A stretch of DNA of 62,986 nt, counting the filler, from Reticulomyxa filosa (taxonomy: Eukaryota; Protista; Foraminifera), in NCBI GenBank assembly GCA_000512085.1. It is 28 parts of 28 records of this genome, joined end to end, with 100 filler letters (N's around TTAATTAATTAA, not from the genome) between each part and the next. Parts side by side here need not be neighbours in the genome. Positions count along the whole stretch, not along the records: positions 36,232 to 39,424 come from ASPP01026218.1; positions 39,525 to 40,612 come from ASPP01042701.1; positions 40,713 to 42,579 come from ASPP01013048.1; positions 42,680 to 45,353 come from ASPP01005449.1; positions 45,454 to 47,139 come from ASPP01015143.1; positions 47,240 to 48,392 come from ASPP01006225.1; positions 48,493 to 50,884 come from ASPP01003545.1; positions 50,985 to 52,776 come from ASPP01016710.1; 20 more parts are not named here. One strand, given 5' to 3'. The position numbers and the translations under genes are program-made. Under the pieces are notes generated by a model. That model had not been told where the DNA came from. It searched no databases and saw nothing but the letters and a program-made list of their open reading frames with translations. This document shows positions 38,629 to 51,938 of this stretch, one piece after another (position 1 is the stretch's first letter; every line of letters starts with the position of its first letter).

Positions 38629-39375
38629 TTACGGGCGCCATTTCCCTCTGTGGTGGCGTGAGCCAGATCTCGAACGAGAGCGCACAGTTTTTTTCTCTTT
38701 AGTTTTGCGACTTCGACTTCTGCTTCTGCTTCTATTTTTGCCTTTTCTTTTACGTGTATCTCTTTGTCGTTCTTTGTCTCTATCTTCCTTGAATCGGTTC
38801 AAATGTGTTCCTTCATCTCCTTTCTCTTTATTTGCAGTAGATGTTGGTTTTATGTCATTATCGATGCTTTTAACCTTAGAGTTATTGTTTATGCTAATGC
38901 CATTGAAAATGGCAGTGGGATTATCTGTTTCCGCATGAGTAGTAAGATAAGCGACATTTGATTTGACTTGATCAGGTGTCGGTGTGGGTGAAGGTATGGA
39001 AGCGGGTTCACTATTAGTTCTGGAGCCTGAGGATAGAGATTCGGAGCCAGAGATAATTCTATCTTGCTCCAAATAGCCTGAATTTTTTGAAATTGTTCCT
39101 TCGTTTTCTGGCTGTTTGTCGTTGGTTGTTTCTTTATTGCGTTCTCTGCCTCTATGGCGATTTCGATTTGCACTTCGGCTTCTGCTTTTATTTCGGATTC
39201 GGCTTCGACTGCGAGTACGAGTGCGACTACGATTGTGGCTATGGCTGCGGCTACGACTTCGACTCGGACTTCGACTTCGACTTCTGGTTTTCTTTTTCTT
39301 TGATTTTTTTTTTTCCCTTTTGCGATCTTTGTCAACACGTTTGCGATGACGATCGTAATCCTTGTCTGAGTATGT
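38629..39375 (-). CDS. RS-domain (Arg/Ser-rich) protein, last exon
   Basis: A 747-nt frame after an AG acceptor reads TYSDKDYDRHRKR...RSRSRSPSRSRSRS... and runs in frame into ORF 38629-39072, ending RSRSRSGSRHHRGKWRP*. Confidence 0.75.
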   Translation of the reverse strand, partial: TYSDKDYDRHRKRVDKDRKREKKKSKKKKTRSRSRSPSRSRSRSHSHNRSRTRTRSRSRIRNKSRSRSANRNRHRGRERNKETTNDKQPENEGTISKNSGYLEQDRIISGSESLSSGSRTNSEPASIPSPTPTPDQVKSNVAYLTTHAETDNPTAIFNGISINNNSKVKSIDNDIKPTSTANKEKGDEGTHLNRFKEDRDKERQRDTRKRKGKNRSRSRSRSRKTKEKKTVRSRSRSGSRHHRGKWRP

Positions 39376-39381
39376 CTTTTT

Positions 39382-39422
<41 letters not shown>

Positions 39423-40712
39423 AANNNNNNNNNNNNNNNNNNNNNNNNNNNNNNNNNNNNNNNNNNNNTTAATTAATTAANNNNNNNNNNNNNNNNNNNN
39501 NNNNNNNNNNNNNNNNNNNNNNNNCAGAAAATGTATGTGCCAATACTTTTCTGGACAACACGTTCATATTCTTCAATCCAAGTAACTTAATTACTGATGT
39601 CGCTGATTTGAGTTCTTTGGATTTGATATTTGTGACGGCAATCGTTGGATTGTTGGAACACATAAACTGCCGTCGCACTTTCATATTCTTTTTTCACACA
39701 TTTTCAAATGTCACTTCTTCAATCTTCTTTTCTTCATTTTGTTGCAAAATTGAAGCGTTGACGATTGAAGTCTTGATTTCTTTATAACATTGATCTGCTA
39801 ATCCACTGTCTGGCTGCTTTCGTTTTATAGCAGTCCGTCTTGCGCCTTCATGTCGACTCCATATTATCGTTCGACATTATTTTGGATTGTCGTTGTCGAT
39901 TATGGAATCATGCATGTCCAATTCCATTTCCAATGCCATCATGCATGCTGGCATTTGATAATTCACTAAAGTAGATATGTTCGGAAATGTAGTTAACATG
40001 TCTGCCTTACCATTAGATCGGATGCTTGATCCAATCCCATGTGGGGTATTTTGTCCCAACATAGCTTGCAGTAGAGCCGATTAGGGTTAAAACACCTTGA
40101 CTCGGATCGCCTTCATAAGCCTTGTTATCAGAGAGTGAGTTTCGGTTTTGCCCGAGGTTCAGTAAAAGTTACAGACCCTCGTAGTTCTGCCAAAAACAAA
40201 AGACTAGTATTTGCCTCGAGAATGCCAATTTCCCGAAAGCGTCGAACACTCTTAAGGCTAAACAAGGAGCGATACACTATCACACAAGTCGCCCGTTACC
40301 AGTAAAAGAGTTACTATGAGTTTGCACCACTGTACACTTAAAGCAACTGATGACAAAATACGTGGTAAGTTTAAAAAGCACTTCCACCTCTCAAAGTACA
40401 CACTAGATGCTGAACCGACGAAACCCCCAAAAAATGAACTGCAACAAAAAACGTTGCCAAAGGGTAACAAAATAGTTTACAGTCACACTCCAGCCACAAT
40501 CTCACAAAATCTAACTAATATAAAAAAACTTTATATCACATAAAAAAATTTTTTACTAGTTAAAAATTTTCTAGTTAGAATTTTCTTTCTTTCTTTCTTG
40601 GTCCGGAACTTTNNNNNNNNNNNNNNNNNNNNNNNNNNNNNNNNNNNNNNNNNNNNTTAATTAATTAANNNNNNNNNNNNNNNNNNNNNNNNNNNNNNNN
40701 NNNNNNNNNNNN

Positions 40713-41383
40713 TGAACACTTGATGTGTGTCCATTGAATATTTGTAATTGATTATTATGTTTGAAATTCCAAAAACGAATGGTTGTGTCATGTGATGAAG
40801 AACAAATGACATTTTGACGACGACTATGATAATGATATGATGAAAATTTCACACAATACACAGGAGCTGAATGTTCATTGAATGATTGAATTTGTTTGTT
40901 GTTATCAACATCCCATACACGAACTGTGTTATCAGATGATCCAGAACAAATGAATTGACAATAATCAAATGTTGAATAATCAATGCCATACACAGCGCCG
41001 ATATGTCCAGTGAATGTATTGATTAATTTGGATGATGAACGAAATGTGTCAAACATTAAGAAGGTAGTTGCCTGTGTTTACATCAAACAAATTTGAATTT
41101 ATTTATTTTTATTTGAATTAAATGAAAAACAAAAATAAAAGAAAACTTAACATAATTGGCAACTAGTTTAGTGAAATCATTTATCCATCCAAATTTAATG
41201 TGTAATATTCGAATCCAACTCTGAATAATGATTTGGATCTCGTTTTCATCTGGCTAATTCATCACAAGTTTATACAATAAATACAATAAAAACTTGAAGA
41301 TAATCAACTTTTTAGAAATTTATAATAAAACTTACTACTACTAGTTGAGCTAAAGTTTGTTCATGATTGATAATAGTTGTCAT
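40713..41383 (-). CDS. WD40-repeat protein, 5' part (exons 41383-41336, 41253-41152, 41071-<40713)
   Basis: Phase-0 GT-AG introns give MTTIINHEQTLAQLVV|PDENEIQIIIQSWIRILHIKFGWINDFTKLVANY|ATTFLMFDTF...FTGHIGAV...SSDNTVRVWD... Confidence 0.88.
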
Positions 41384-41899
41384 TTTGCAACTGTTTTTGT
41401 TTTTTTGCTTGGATCGTCTTCAACGATGTAAAATGGAAACTTTAATTTTTTTCAAGTTCAATGAAGGAACTTCAAAAATAGAATTTTGCAGTGTATGTGT
41501 TTTCTTAATGAAGAAAAAAAGGAAAATGAATTATAACTTTTTGTAATTATATTAAGAACAATAAATTATCTTTTTTACTTTCAGAATATCTAATAATATA
41601 ATCTTATGGTTAAAATGAAAATGAAAATATCTTTTATATGATCCAATGAACTAATACTTTCGACGAAGCAAAAAAACAACATAAAATGAAAACTAAAGAT
41701 TTTTTGAAACTAAAGTAGTCCAGTTCTTTTTAGTCAACAATGCTTTGACATGAATTGGATGTTGCAATTGAAGACTTCAGAACAATTAGTTATTTTATTA
41801 ATTTGATTTGCAATCAAGTTGCAAATAATTCAGTTGATTTTTTTTTTTTTTCTTAAATGACAAAGATTTACTTTACTTTCTTTTCAATGATATAAATTA

Positions 41900-42180
41900 A
41901 AATATCTTATTCTATTGTTTCCTTTGATCACATACAATTCATGCTTATTTGATTGAATATCCCAAAAACAAATTGTTTTGATAATGATATGGCGAAAATT
42001 TCACAATTTACATAACTTGAATGTCCATTGAATGATCGAATTTGTTTATTGTTATCAACTCACATACACGAACCTTTCTATCATCTGATTCAGAGCAAAC
42101 GAATTGACAATCATCAGATGCTGAATAGTCAATATTATTTACACAATTAGTATGTCCAGTGAACGTAAAAATAAATATAT
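41900..42180 (-). pseudogene. WD40-repeat pseudogene, tandem paralogue of the upstream gene
   Basis: FTGHTNCVNNIDYSASDDCQFVCSESDDRKVRV, followed by frameshifts. Confidence 0.7.
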
Positions 42181-42679
42181 TAAACCTTAGCATATATTAA
42201 TTGTAGATTGCCTTTTTGATATTGCTCTAACTGTTGTTTCAAACTTGCAATCTCTTCATGTTTTTTCCCTTTCAATTGTAATTCCACTTTAAGGGTTGCA
42301 TTTTTCAAATTTAATTTCTTAATTTTTTCCTATTTTTATTTTTTTCAATATGGATATAGATTGTCTTTTGTTAAAATTATCGATAAATAATGATACCTGA
42401 TATTACCGAATAGTTTGTTGTAACGTATCAAAAGATTTAATTACCAAATCAAAATGAAATTGCATGTTTGATGTCAAATGATCAGTGATCGCAGATTTCA
42501 AACATAAATGATTGCATCCAAATGATTCAAACCAACATTTAACCATTTGTAGACAACAAGAATATTCCAAATGATCATTNNNNNNNNNNNNNNNNNNNNN
42601 NNNNNNNNNNNNNNNNNNNNNNNTTAATTAATTAANNNNNNNNNNNNNNNNNNNNNNNNNNNNNNNNNNNNNNNNNNNN

Positions 42680-43697
42680 GAATTGCTCCCGACAACACAC
42701 AGACTGCGTAAAATGGCGCCCATCCGAGAAGAAGAAGAAGAAGAAGAAGAAGAAGCGGAAGCGGCAGGGACAGAAGTAGCAATGAAATCAAACAAAATGA
42801 CGACCTCGCAATCCTTTTCCGAGTTTGCGTGGTCTGCGCTAAAGGACTTGTCCTTGCCACAAGCATTGGAGTCGTCACAAACTTATATCCAGTCGCACTT
42901 GCGCAACTTCAATACCGTATATTCCTTGCAACCCCAGCAACATCCAAAGCATAAGCCGCCTCGTGACGGCGAGCAAGACGCAACATTGTCTTTTACATCC
43001 CCTTCCTTGTCAGGTCGATCCTCAAGACGGGCATCCAAATCACGACGACGTTCCAGCACGACCGACTCCAGAACCAAATCTGATTCTGTTTCTTCTGGTT
43101 ATATATATATATACATATATGACGCATATATGTATACATATACATATATATATATATTTTTTTTTTTTTTTTCTCTCCTTTTGCATATGTAAAAATGTAT
43201 ACGTAACCCCCCCCCCTTTTCTTTTTTTTTTTGAAGGTAGATGGCTCCATGTCAAGATCATTGTTAGAAAATATTTTGGATGATTATGACCAAATGCTAA
43301 TGAGCAAGACCACCGACGATGGCTTCACTAATCTGTCACAGAACGTTATGTCCCGCGTCGTGTACAGAAAAAAGGCAACAAACAAGCGGCGGTCGGAGAG
43401 GCAGGTGCAACCTCGATGACCACCGACGATGGAATGTATCAATTGGCTTGTGATTCCATGAAGACGGCGCTCAAACGCAAAGTGAGCGAAGATGAAAGGA
43501 GAGGAAGAGGAGACGCAGGAGAGGTTCATGGGCAATCCATAACTGAAGACATGGACGATGGAGAGGGAGATGAAGGGTGTGTGCGGACAGAAGAACTCCA
43601 TCGACTCTCAAACCAACGCATGCTGCAACAATTTGACCTGCACGTTACACAATCTAATGCCATGCCTGGATTTATGTTCTCTGGTACTCAACAATAA
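42680..43697 (+). CDS. Hypothetical low-complexity protein, 3' exons (~42680-43097, 43241-43697; one indel near 43410)
   Basis: GC-richer coding-like blocks separated by a GT-AG intron with (TA)n and poly-T; stop at 43697. Confidence 0.55.
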
Positions 43698-45453
43698 ACT
43701 AATTTTTTTCTTTTCATCAATTGTTGGACATAAAAGAGGGAGAGGGTCTATGTGAATTTTTTAAAAAATTTTGGATAAAACTACTTCAAATAAATTTTTT
43801 TTTTTTTTTGTTCTTCATATTTTTCATTGCCCTATGAGAAGAAACAAGAAATTTAAGTTTGTTTCTATTAAATATATGCGGGTGTTTGTTTTTGTCTTTG
43901 TTGTTCAAGTGTTTGCTTTTTTTTTCTTTCTAAGTAAAACCATTTTTTTCTCAGCTTTTTGCTATCGATTAAAAGACGATATTATTGCTTTTTTTTTTTA
44001 ATCACGAAAACTATTTTGACATGTGTGACCATAAAACTCTTAATCTTTTAGAACTTGTACAAAGATTATTGCAAAATCTTTCTGCCCTAACAATGTTAAC
44101 ACTACAAAGATAGTGTTACTCAGGTTCTACATCGCTGAACATCGGTAGGGCATTATATGCATTCCAATGTACCAAAATTTGTGAAACAATAAACACCATA
44201 AATTAACATCCATAAAATGATCACACAAAAAAAAATTACAAATTTTATTGTCAGATTGATCAAGTTTTGGCTTTCCCAACTAAAGAAAGCAAAAACAAAA
44301 AAAAAACCAATCAATCCACAAAACGTTTCTTTTGTTTGTTTGTTTTGTTTTTTCCTTTTTTTTTGCGGTCACTGTTGGCAACTACAACAACAAAATAAGC
44401 CCAAAAACAAAATAATTGAAAACATAACAAAAAAAAAGAAAAAAGACCTCAACGTTTCCGATAGGAAAAAAAACAAAACAACACAGGCAAGACGCTGTGC
44501 AAATTTAACCATTGCGAAAATAATAAAGAGAAAAAAAAACAAAAGACAAAATGGGACAAAAAAAATACAAGCAACAATTAAAATGCTACATTAAATCTTA
44601 AACAAAACAAGTTTTTTTGTTAACAAATATAAAATTAACATTAAATAAGAACAAAAAAAAAAATTGGTATTGTCAAAAGGGAGGTCAACTCATACATAAC
44701 CTCTTAACGTATTCAAAAGCCAGCGATTGTTTGTTGCTCTTTGTGTTTCGACTTGGCTTTTTTTTTGTGGCAAATTTAACTCTCTGTTTCATGTTTGTTC
44801 CAAGTCTAAAACAACAGCAGCAACACAAAGACACAGCTTTAGACGCCAATTGACACAAATAACAAAAATAATTATTTAATCACCCCGCAAATAACAACTT
44901 AGCCTTCCACTATTTGCTCACTCCTCCATAAACCTCTTTGTTGTTTTTTGTTTGCTCCCAACCTCTTTGTTCTTTTCCCTTTTCTTTTCATGGAAAGAAG
45001 AAAAGGAAAAAAAAAAAACATACATACAAATAAAAACCAATTGATCAAAGTCAAACTCAAACAAATTAAATCAGACGTTGATGATTCAATGGCAACAATA
45101 ACATCAAAACAACAAGATAATAATAATAATAAAAAAAGCCGGATGATCCATTTTTGAGAATACAATGAATGACAAGTGTCCATAATTTTTCTTTTTCAAA
45201 GTTTGTTCTTTCAAATTGAAAAAATGAAAAAATGAAAAAAAAAAAGTGGAGGGGGGGGAGAGAGGAAGAAAGGGCTAACCAAAAAAAAAAAAAAAGAACA
45301 ACGAACAAAAAGACAAACAAAAAAGAAATACAAAGACATAATGACTAAAAAAANNNNNNNNNNNNNNNNNNNNNNNNNNNNNNNNNNNNNNNNNNNNTTA
45401 ATTAATTAANNNNNNNNNNNNNNNNNNNNNNNNNNNNNNNNNNNNNNNNNNNN

Positions 45454-45494
<41 letters not shown>

Positions 45495-45497
45495 ACC

Positions 45498-46950
45498 TTC
45501 GCTAATATTAATCAGATCAGCAGGACGACTTGGCTGTTTGACATTGGGACCCAAAGATGGCTTGGCAAGTCTACCTTTTTCTCGACGCTTTTCAATATCG
45601 GATTGCAATATTTTTCTTCGGAGCTCTTCATTTCGGTCATCCAAGATCTTTTGGATATCTGGGATATGCTGACTAAATACTTCGCTGACTTTTTCGAGTA
45701 AGTGGACGACGGCGGGATCGTGCTCGACTCCTTCCATGCGTGAAATGTGTGACATGATGTCCACCACACCGCCTGTCCCAAGGCCAGAACCAGAACCAGA
45801 ACCAGAACCAGACCCTATATACTTGGGCTTGGCCATGGCCATTGCCATGCCGACGCCGCCGACATTAGGAGACAGCGGCTTGTTCCGCACGTTGGTAGGG
45901 ACTCTGGGCCGGGGTCTCCCCACACGCTGGCTTTTCTGCGCGCTTTTTACTTGATAGTGATCATGCATGGCATTTGCATTTAGCACAGGTACATGGCCAT
46001 CATTTGGTCGATCATTGGAAACATTGTCATTGTCATTGTTGTTGTTATTGTTATTGTTATTGTTATTGTTATTGTTGTTGTTATTGGAATTATTTTTTTT
46101 TTTGACAGACGCTGTTCGATTAATGGCCGTTGTATTAATATTGAATTTGACAATAGGTCTTGTTCGTGAAGAGGTACCTTTTTTTCTCCTCCTTCTCATC
46201 TCCATCTCTATCATCATTGCCATTATCATCGTTATTGTGTTGATCGTCAGTATCAATGTACCTTCGACTGTCATCGGCAGACTTGAGAGACACGTCCAAG
46301 TTGGCAGCCAATTTCCTTGCGGAGGAAGAGACCACGGCGTTGGACTTGGATCTGGGTTTGGCCGAACTCGATCGCAACGGTGTCTGTCTCTTCTTTTCCT
46401 CTGTCTTGTCTTTCAGTCGCACCTTTTTGACGGGCTCGTCATCTCCAACTGTCGCTCCTGTCGAACTCACTGTCTCCGTTTCAATGTCATTGCCGTGGTC
46501 CAATTGAATCGTCACGTGCTTTTTTTTCGTCTTTGGCCCTGCGGCTTCTTCATCCACCATCGCTATCATCGAGTTCGCACCCAACGACATCACTTCGACC
46601 TTACGTGTGCTTGCACTTGTGCTCCCTCCTCCGTTTATGCTTGCCGCTGTTGTTACTGGGGTACCTACTGTCACCGTCACTGTGCTGTTGGTCCCTGTTG
46701 TCCCTGTTGTCCCTGTTGTCGCTGTGCCTATGCCTGTGCCGACACTTGCACCCATGTTCATCATTGTTGTCGCTGTCGCATTGCTGTTATTGCTGCCACT
46801 TGCTCCGCCTTTGTCGTCTTTCCCTTTCTCTTTCCCTTTGCCTTTGTCTTTGTCCGTTCGCTCGTCTACATTCTCATTGTCTGATCCACTGTCCGTATAT
46901 GATATTGATTCTTCTTCATTCTGAATCGTCGCTGGGCTACTCGCATCATC
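45498..46950 (-). CDS. Hypothetical intrinsically disordered protein, internal exons (Thr/Gly-, Asn- and GS-rich)
   Basis: Long minus-strand frames (46135-46764 extended upstream, and 45498-~46100) flanked by microsatellite-containing introns. Confidence 0.6.
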
Positions 46951-47239
46951 CCTCTTTTTTTTTTTTTTTAGTGTGTATGTATGTATGTGTGTGTGTGTGT
47001 GTGTGTGTGTGGCAAATGAAACTGGGATTTGTCCATTGAAACAGTTTTGAAATCAACAACGAAATTTTTTTTTTTACGATACTGACTCTCAATCAACCCC
47101 TACCAAAACAATTAAACTACAAAAAACGAATCACTTATANNNNNNNNNNNNNNNNNNNNNNNNNNNNNNNNNNNNNNNNNNNNTTAATTAATTAANNNNN
47201 NNNNNNNNNNNNNNNNNNNNNNNNNNNNNNNNNNNNNNN

Positions 47240-47685
47240 TGCGCGCACAAAAAGAACACACATTCGCATGAAAAGCAACCTCTATCTACGTAGTCTCCTA
47301 AAAATAAGTATTGTGTCTCAGCAGGATCACCACCGGCCTCCATCAAACGCAGCAAGTCAAAAAATTGGCCATGTACATCTCCGCAAACTGTGATCGGATC
47401 TTTCAAGCGTAGTATGTTGGGTTCTTTTTTAAACAAGTCTAAACATGTCCTCACGAGATAAAATGCATCTTCCAAACGAAGTCGTCCTTCCTTGTTCAAG
47501 TGACTACCCAACGCTTCCAGATCTACGCTGCCGTCAGTCTTGAATAGCTTGTTGTGTGCTAAGGGAAAGCGGGGCGGCGCAACAACGTCTCGCATTGCCC
47601 TATCGTCGTTCTCATCCTCACTTTTTGTTTCATCATCTCCTGTACTTTCCAAAGCTGGAGGCAAAGGTTGTTCCTTTTCTGTCAT
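47240..47685 (-). CDS. CNA1: Calcineurin A (PP2B catalytic subunit), 5' part
   Basis: DVVAPPRFPL...HLNKEGRL...EPNILRLKDPITVCGDVHGQFFDL...YLFLGDYVDRGCFS: PPP motifs GDxHG and GDxVDRG with a PP2B-type N-terminus. Confidence 0.92.
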
Positions 47686-47953
47686 TTTAATGTTTTTTTT
47701 GCAAAAAAAAAAATGTTGGTTCACAAAAATCACCTCTTTCTTTGTTTCAAGCGTCAATACAAAACCATTCTTTTATCTATTAACTCTTAAGTTTTTAATA
47801 TAATAAGTCACACTTCGTAGAAATCGATGTTAAAGATAATTAACACTGGATAACTTTAAGTGAAAGAACGGAACAAAAAACAAAGCCGACGTTGTTGTGC
47901 CCGAAAATTTTAGTTTTCTTTTTGTAAACAAGTTTTTTAAAAATTGAATTATA
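47686..47953. promoter_or_regulatory. Putative bidirectional promoter between calcineurin A and RPL4
   Basis: Only 268 bp separate two divergent ATGs within one contig. Confidence 0.55.
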
Positions 47954-48335
47954 ATGGCAGAAGTAAAAGCAACCAAACCCAAACCTAAAGAAGAAAAAAA
48001 AACGGTTGAAAGCGGTCCTGTAAAGACTGCGAAACAATCGGCTGCAGCAAGACCTTTGGTGACGGTCTACAGCGTCTATGGGCGCCCAACAAACAAACGA
48101 ATCAAAACACCTCAAGTCTTGTTGGCACCAATCCGAGCTGATATTGTTCACTGGGTCCACAAAAATATAAGCAAGAATTCACGACAACCTTATGGTGTGA
48201 AATATCACAATGGTCCAAAAGGTGTTGTCGCTGGTCATCAAGTTAGAGCCCAATCATGGGGAACTGGTCGAGCTGTGTCTCGTGTGCCAAGAGTGAAAGG
48301 TGGTGGTACTCACCGAGCCGGACAGGGTGCCTTCG
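47954..48335 (+). CDS. RPL4: 60S ribosomal protein L4 (uL4), first exon
   Basis: [60 protein letters not shown]; GTATGT donor at 48336. Confidence 0.97.
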
Positions 48336-50863
48336 GTATGTTGTTTGTTATAATTTGATATTTGTTCTTTTTTCTTTCCAAAAAAAAAAAAANNNNNNNN
48401 NNNNNNNNNNNNNNNNNNNNNNNNNNNNNNNNNNNNTTAATTAATTAANNNNNNNNNNNNNNNNNNNNNNNNNNNNNNNNNNNNNNNNNNNNGCTAGAAA
48501 TGTAAATATTCAACTATTTACATAAAGAAAATGCAAAGTGCATTAATTGTATAGAATACTTTTATCATGATACTACTACATATTCAATTTCACAAATTCA
48601 ACAATTTGTAAATGATTGAAATATTGAAATATAATTTACAAAAATTTAAACATAATACAAGTAATGCAAGTTTTTCATTTTTGCTTAGACTGGATCCTGA
48701 ATTTTATTTTATCACAATGACTATAATACATAAAGTGTTATTCTACAATCGATATAATTATAATTCATTGATATGAAAAAAAAACTCAAGCATAGTTTAT
48801 AATAAAATTTTACATATTTGAAATTATGTAGCAAACATTATACTATATTATTTTATCAATGATAGTATATATTTAGAATAAATTGAAAAAGAAATTGCTC
48901 TTATATCATTTTTTTGCAAATCTTTATTTCAAGTTGCCACATTTTTTAGAGAAAATTAAGTCTTTCGCTTTTGATATCTTATAATAGTATTTTGTATTTG
49001 AAATAGTAATGTATCGACTGAGTATTAAATCAATTCTTCTTGCATTAACTTTGTAATATTAGCAAAGATGAACGTTAAAAAAATAAATTATATAAATTAA
49101 CTAAAAAGCAAAAAATTCAAAAATTAGATTTTTAATGTTGGATATAAATTATTCTTTTTTATTTTTGTAATATTGATCAATTGAACTTCTAATAAAAGTC
49201 TTGTTTCATATGTTCACTTGTTATGTTTGATATTTGTTGTATTGGTTTTTTAATGATTTTTAAATTCTAATGATGATATATTGTATATCGATTTTATAAT
49301 CTTTTTTAAGTCATATAATAATTTAATCAATATATTTTTCGATTATTATGTCTAATTTCTAGTTTTTCTTTTTACGTCATGTAATATTGTGCAATACAAT
49401 TGCATCGATGTTAAAACTGTGATAGTTGTGTACTTGCTTTACTTATCAAATCTATTGATCTATAATTTATGTTATTTAAAAAAAAAGTAAATTTTTAAAA
49501 AATTATATATATAAGCATCAAGTACTTGGCGCTATTGATTTCATCTGATAAATTATATGTAATAACTTATTAATGGCAACAACATATCAAGTTTTCTGTT
49601 TTATGTTTGTTTTCAACTTTGGTAATTCGTTCAATTAAATTATCAATTTTTCTGTAATATTTTGAGTATTCGTTCAAAAAATTATCAATATTTCGTTTAA
49701 TTTTTTCATTTTCATTAAGTTGCATTTTAAATTATTGCTGCAAAAAACAAAACAAATATTAAAAAACTGAAAATTGAGAATTATTATAACAATTTTAAAA
49801 AAGTTTCACAAACGCGTTAAAATAAAAAAAACTAAAAAAATCAATTTACAAAAACAAATAACAATTTCAAATGCAATTAATCTATTAATTTTTAAAAAGT
49901 AAAAAAAATTGTTAAAACGACTATTTTACACTTTTTTCTAAATTGATCAACTAAATCAAAAAAAAAAGAAAAAACTATTTTTATTCTTCATTAAAATTAG
50001 GTGTCAAAATCAATATAAACTGTTCAATATACAAATAGACCTAATATCGTCAAAAACTATTGTAAAAAAGTTAATTACTAATAATTAATACAAGTACATC
50101 GTTAGTGAAAGTAGACTAAAAATGTTTTGTAATTTGATAATTTTAATTAGGAATTGTAAGTTGTATACGTATCCTTAAAAATACTTTTATGTCAACATAT
50201 TGATTGTAAAAAAAAAACTCAGTATTCAGATAATACATATAGTTTTTCTTAGAAAAATAATTATATTGATGTTGTAGATTTGTAGAATCCTTGAAATCAT
50301 TTTTCTACAATTTAGATAATTAGATAAAAGTGAAATTAAGGATCCATAAAGCTTAAGAAAAAAATAGCTTTAATATATAAACAAGCAATGCAAAATATTT
50401 TTAAAATAATTTATATTTTAATTTCTTTTTTATAGTGTTTTCAGGGTAAATTAAAACAATTTCTATTACAACAACTCATTTTTGACATTGAAATTATTAT
50501 TGCAAGATTAAAGTTAAAGAATATAATATATACAATTTGAATATACTTATTTATTTCCATAAATTTTAGTTACATGTAATATTATGCTAAAAACAACTTT
50601 GAAGAAAATGACTATTGTTATAATTAAACACAAGAATTTATTTGCAAATAATCCGTTGAAGTCATTGACATGTATGAATTATTAATTGCTAATATAATTT
50701 TTAAAACATTCCTTAATAATAACAGCAGTTGCTAGAATATGTAAATATAAATAAAGCTAGGTAAAACGCAAGTTAGTGACTTAAAAGTTAGATTTACACT
50801 ACAACTCAAGTAAGATTTGAAAATATCCTTAAGACAAACAAATAAAAATATTATTACATTGTA

Positions 50864-50884
50864 CATTAGGTTGCAAAGAAAACT
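50864..50884. mobile_element. Tip of the same TIR as at 34444, cut by contig end
   Basis: TA|CATTAGGTTGCAAAGAAAACT is identical to 34442-34464. Confidence 0.7.
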
Positions 50885-51938
50885 NNNNNNNNNNNNNNNN
50901 NNNNNNNNNNNNNNNNNNNNNNNNNNNNTTAATTAATTAANNNNNNNNNNNNNNNNNNNNNNNNNNNNNNNNNNNNNNNNNNNNAAAAAAAAAAAAAAAA
51001 ATGTTGTGGGTACGTAACCCACTAATTCCATTAGTGTACATACTTTTTTTTTTTTTTTTTTTTTGAACCAGATTTGACACCAAAGACAAGTTCCGGCGCG
51101 GTGACAGGTATTCGCTCGTTCACTGGTCTTTTATGGTGTGGTGTCACTGTTTTGATCACTGGCGTGTTCTGGAGTCGTACAGAAAATAGTCTATGGTATG
51201 CACAAATGGGAAACTGGTCAATACATTTAACCCTTTGGGTTGTCATCTTCTTGGTTGGAAATGATTATGTCAAAGTCAATTGATTTCTTTTACCGCGCTC
51301 TTGTTCTTGATCTTGTTGTTGCTGTCACTGTTGTCCCTTTATTTCAACTAGTTTGTATTCTTCAAATATTGATCTCCCTATAACGCCGCAATAAAAAAAA
51401 AAAAAGGAAAGAAAAAGATGTGAAAAAAAAAACGGAATTGTTGCTCTAATGCGCCTTTTTTTCTTATTTTTTTTTTTTATTAAATGGTCACATTTTTTTT
51501 GTAATTATTTGGACAGGTTTTTTTTTTTGGTTCGTTTTTGTTTTTTTCCCCCCTTGAACGGGATAAAACTTGAATGATTTTTTTTTGTAGTGCGTTTTTG
51601 CAATTGAGGTGATCTTACAAGGATATTCCTAAAAGAATAATTTTATGTTGGGCAAAGATATTTGTGAGCCGTTTAAAAAATTCAATAAAGCGATCAACAC
51701 ATCCTGTGACATAAAGAAACAAATTTTATTTCTTTATTTCGGACAAAAAACTCGACCCCTTTTTCTTAAATAGACTAAACACAAACTGGTTAAGTCTTTC
51801 CTTGGTTCGCAAAAAAAAAAAAGATCTCTGAGAAAAATCTTTTCATAATGTGTGAAAAGAAAAAATTTTTTAAAAGTGGGATAAATGAAAATGTAAATTT
51901 TGCATTCGTAGAAAAATTTTAAAAGACTTCCACAGACA

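Noticed and set aside
48493-50860. 2.4-kb very AT-rich ORF-free contig
   Set aside because: No convincing repeat structure, RNA gene or coding remnant found by eye.
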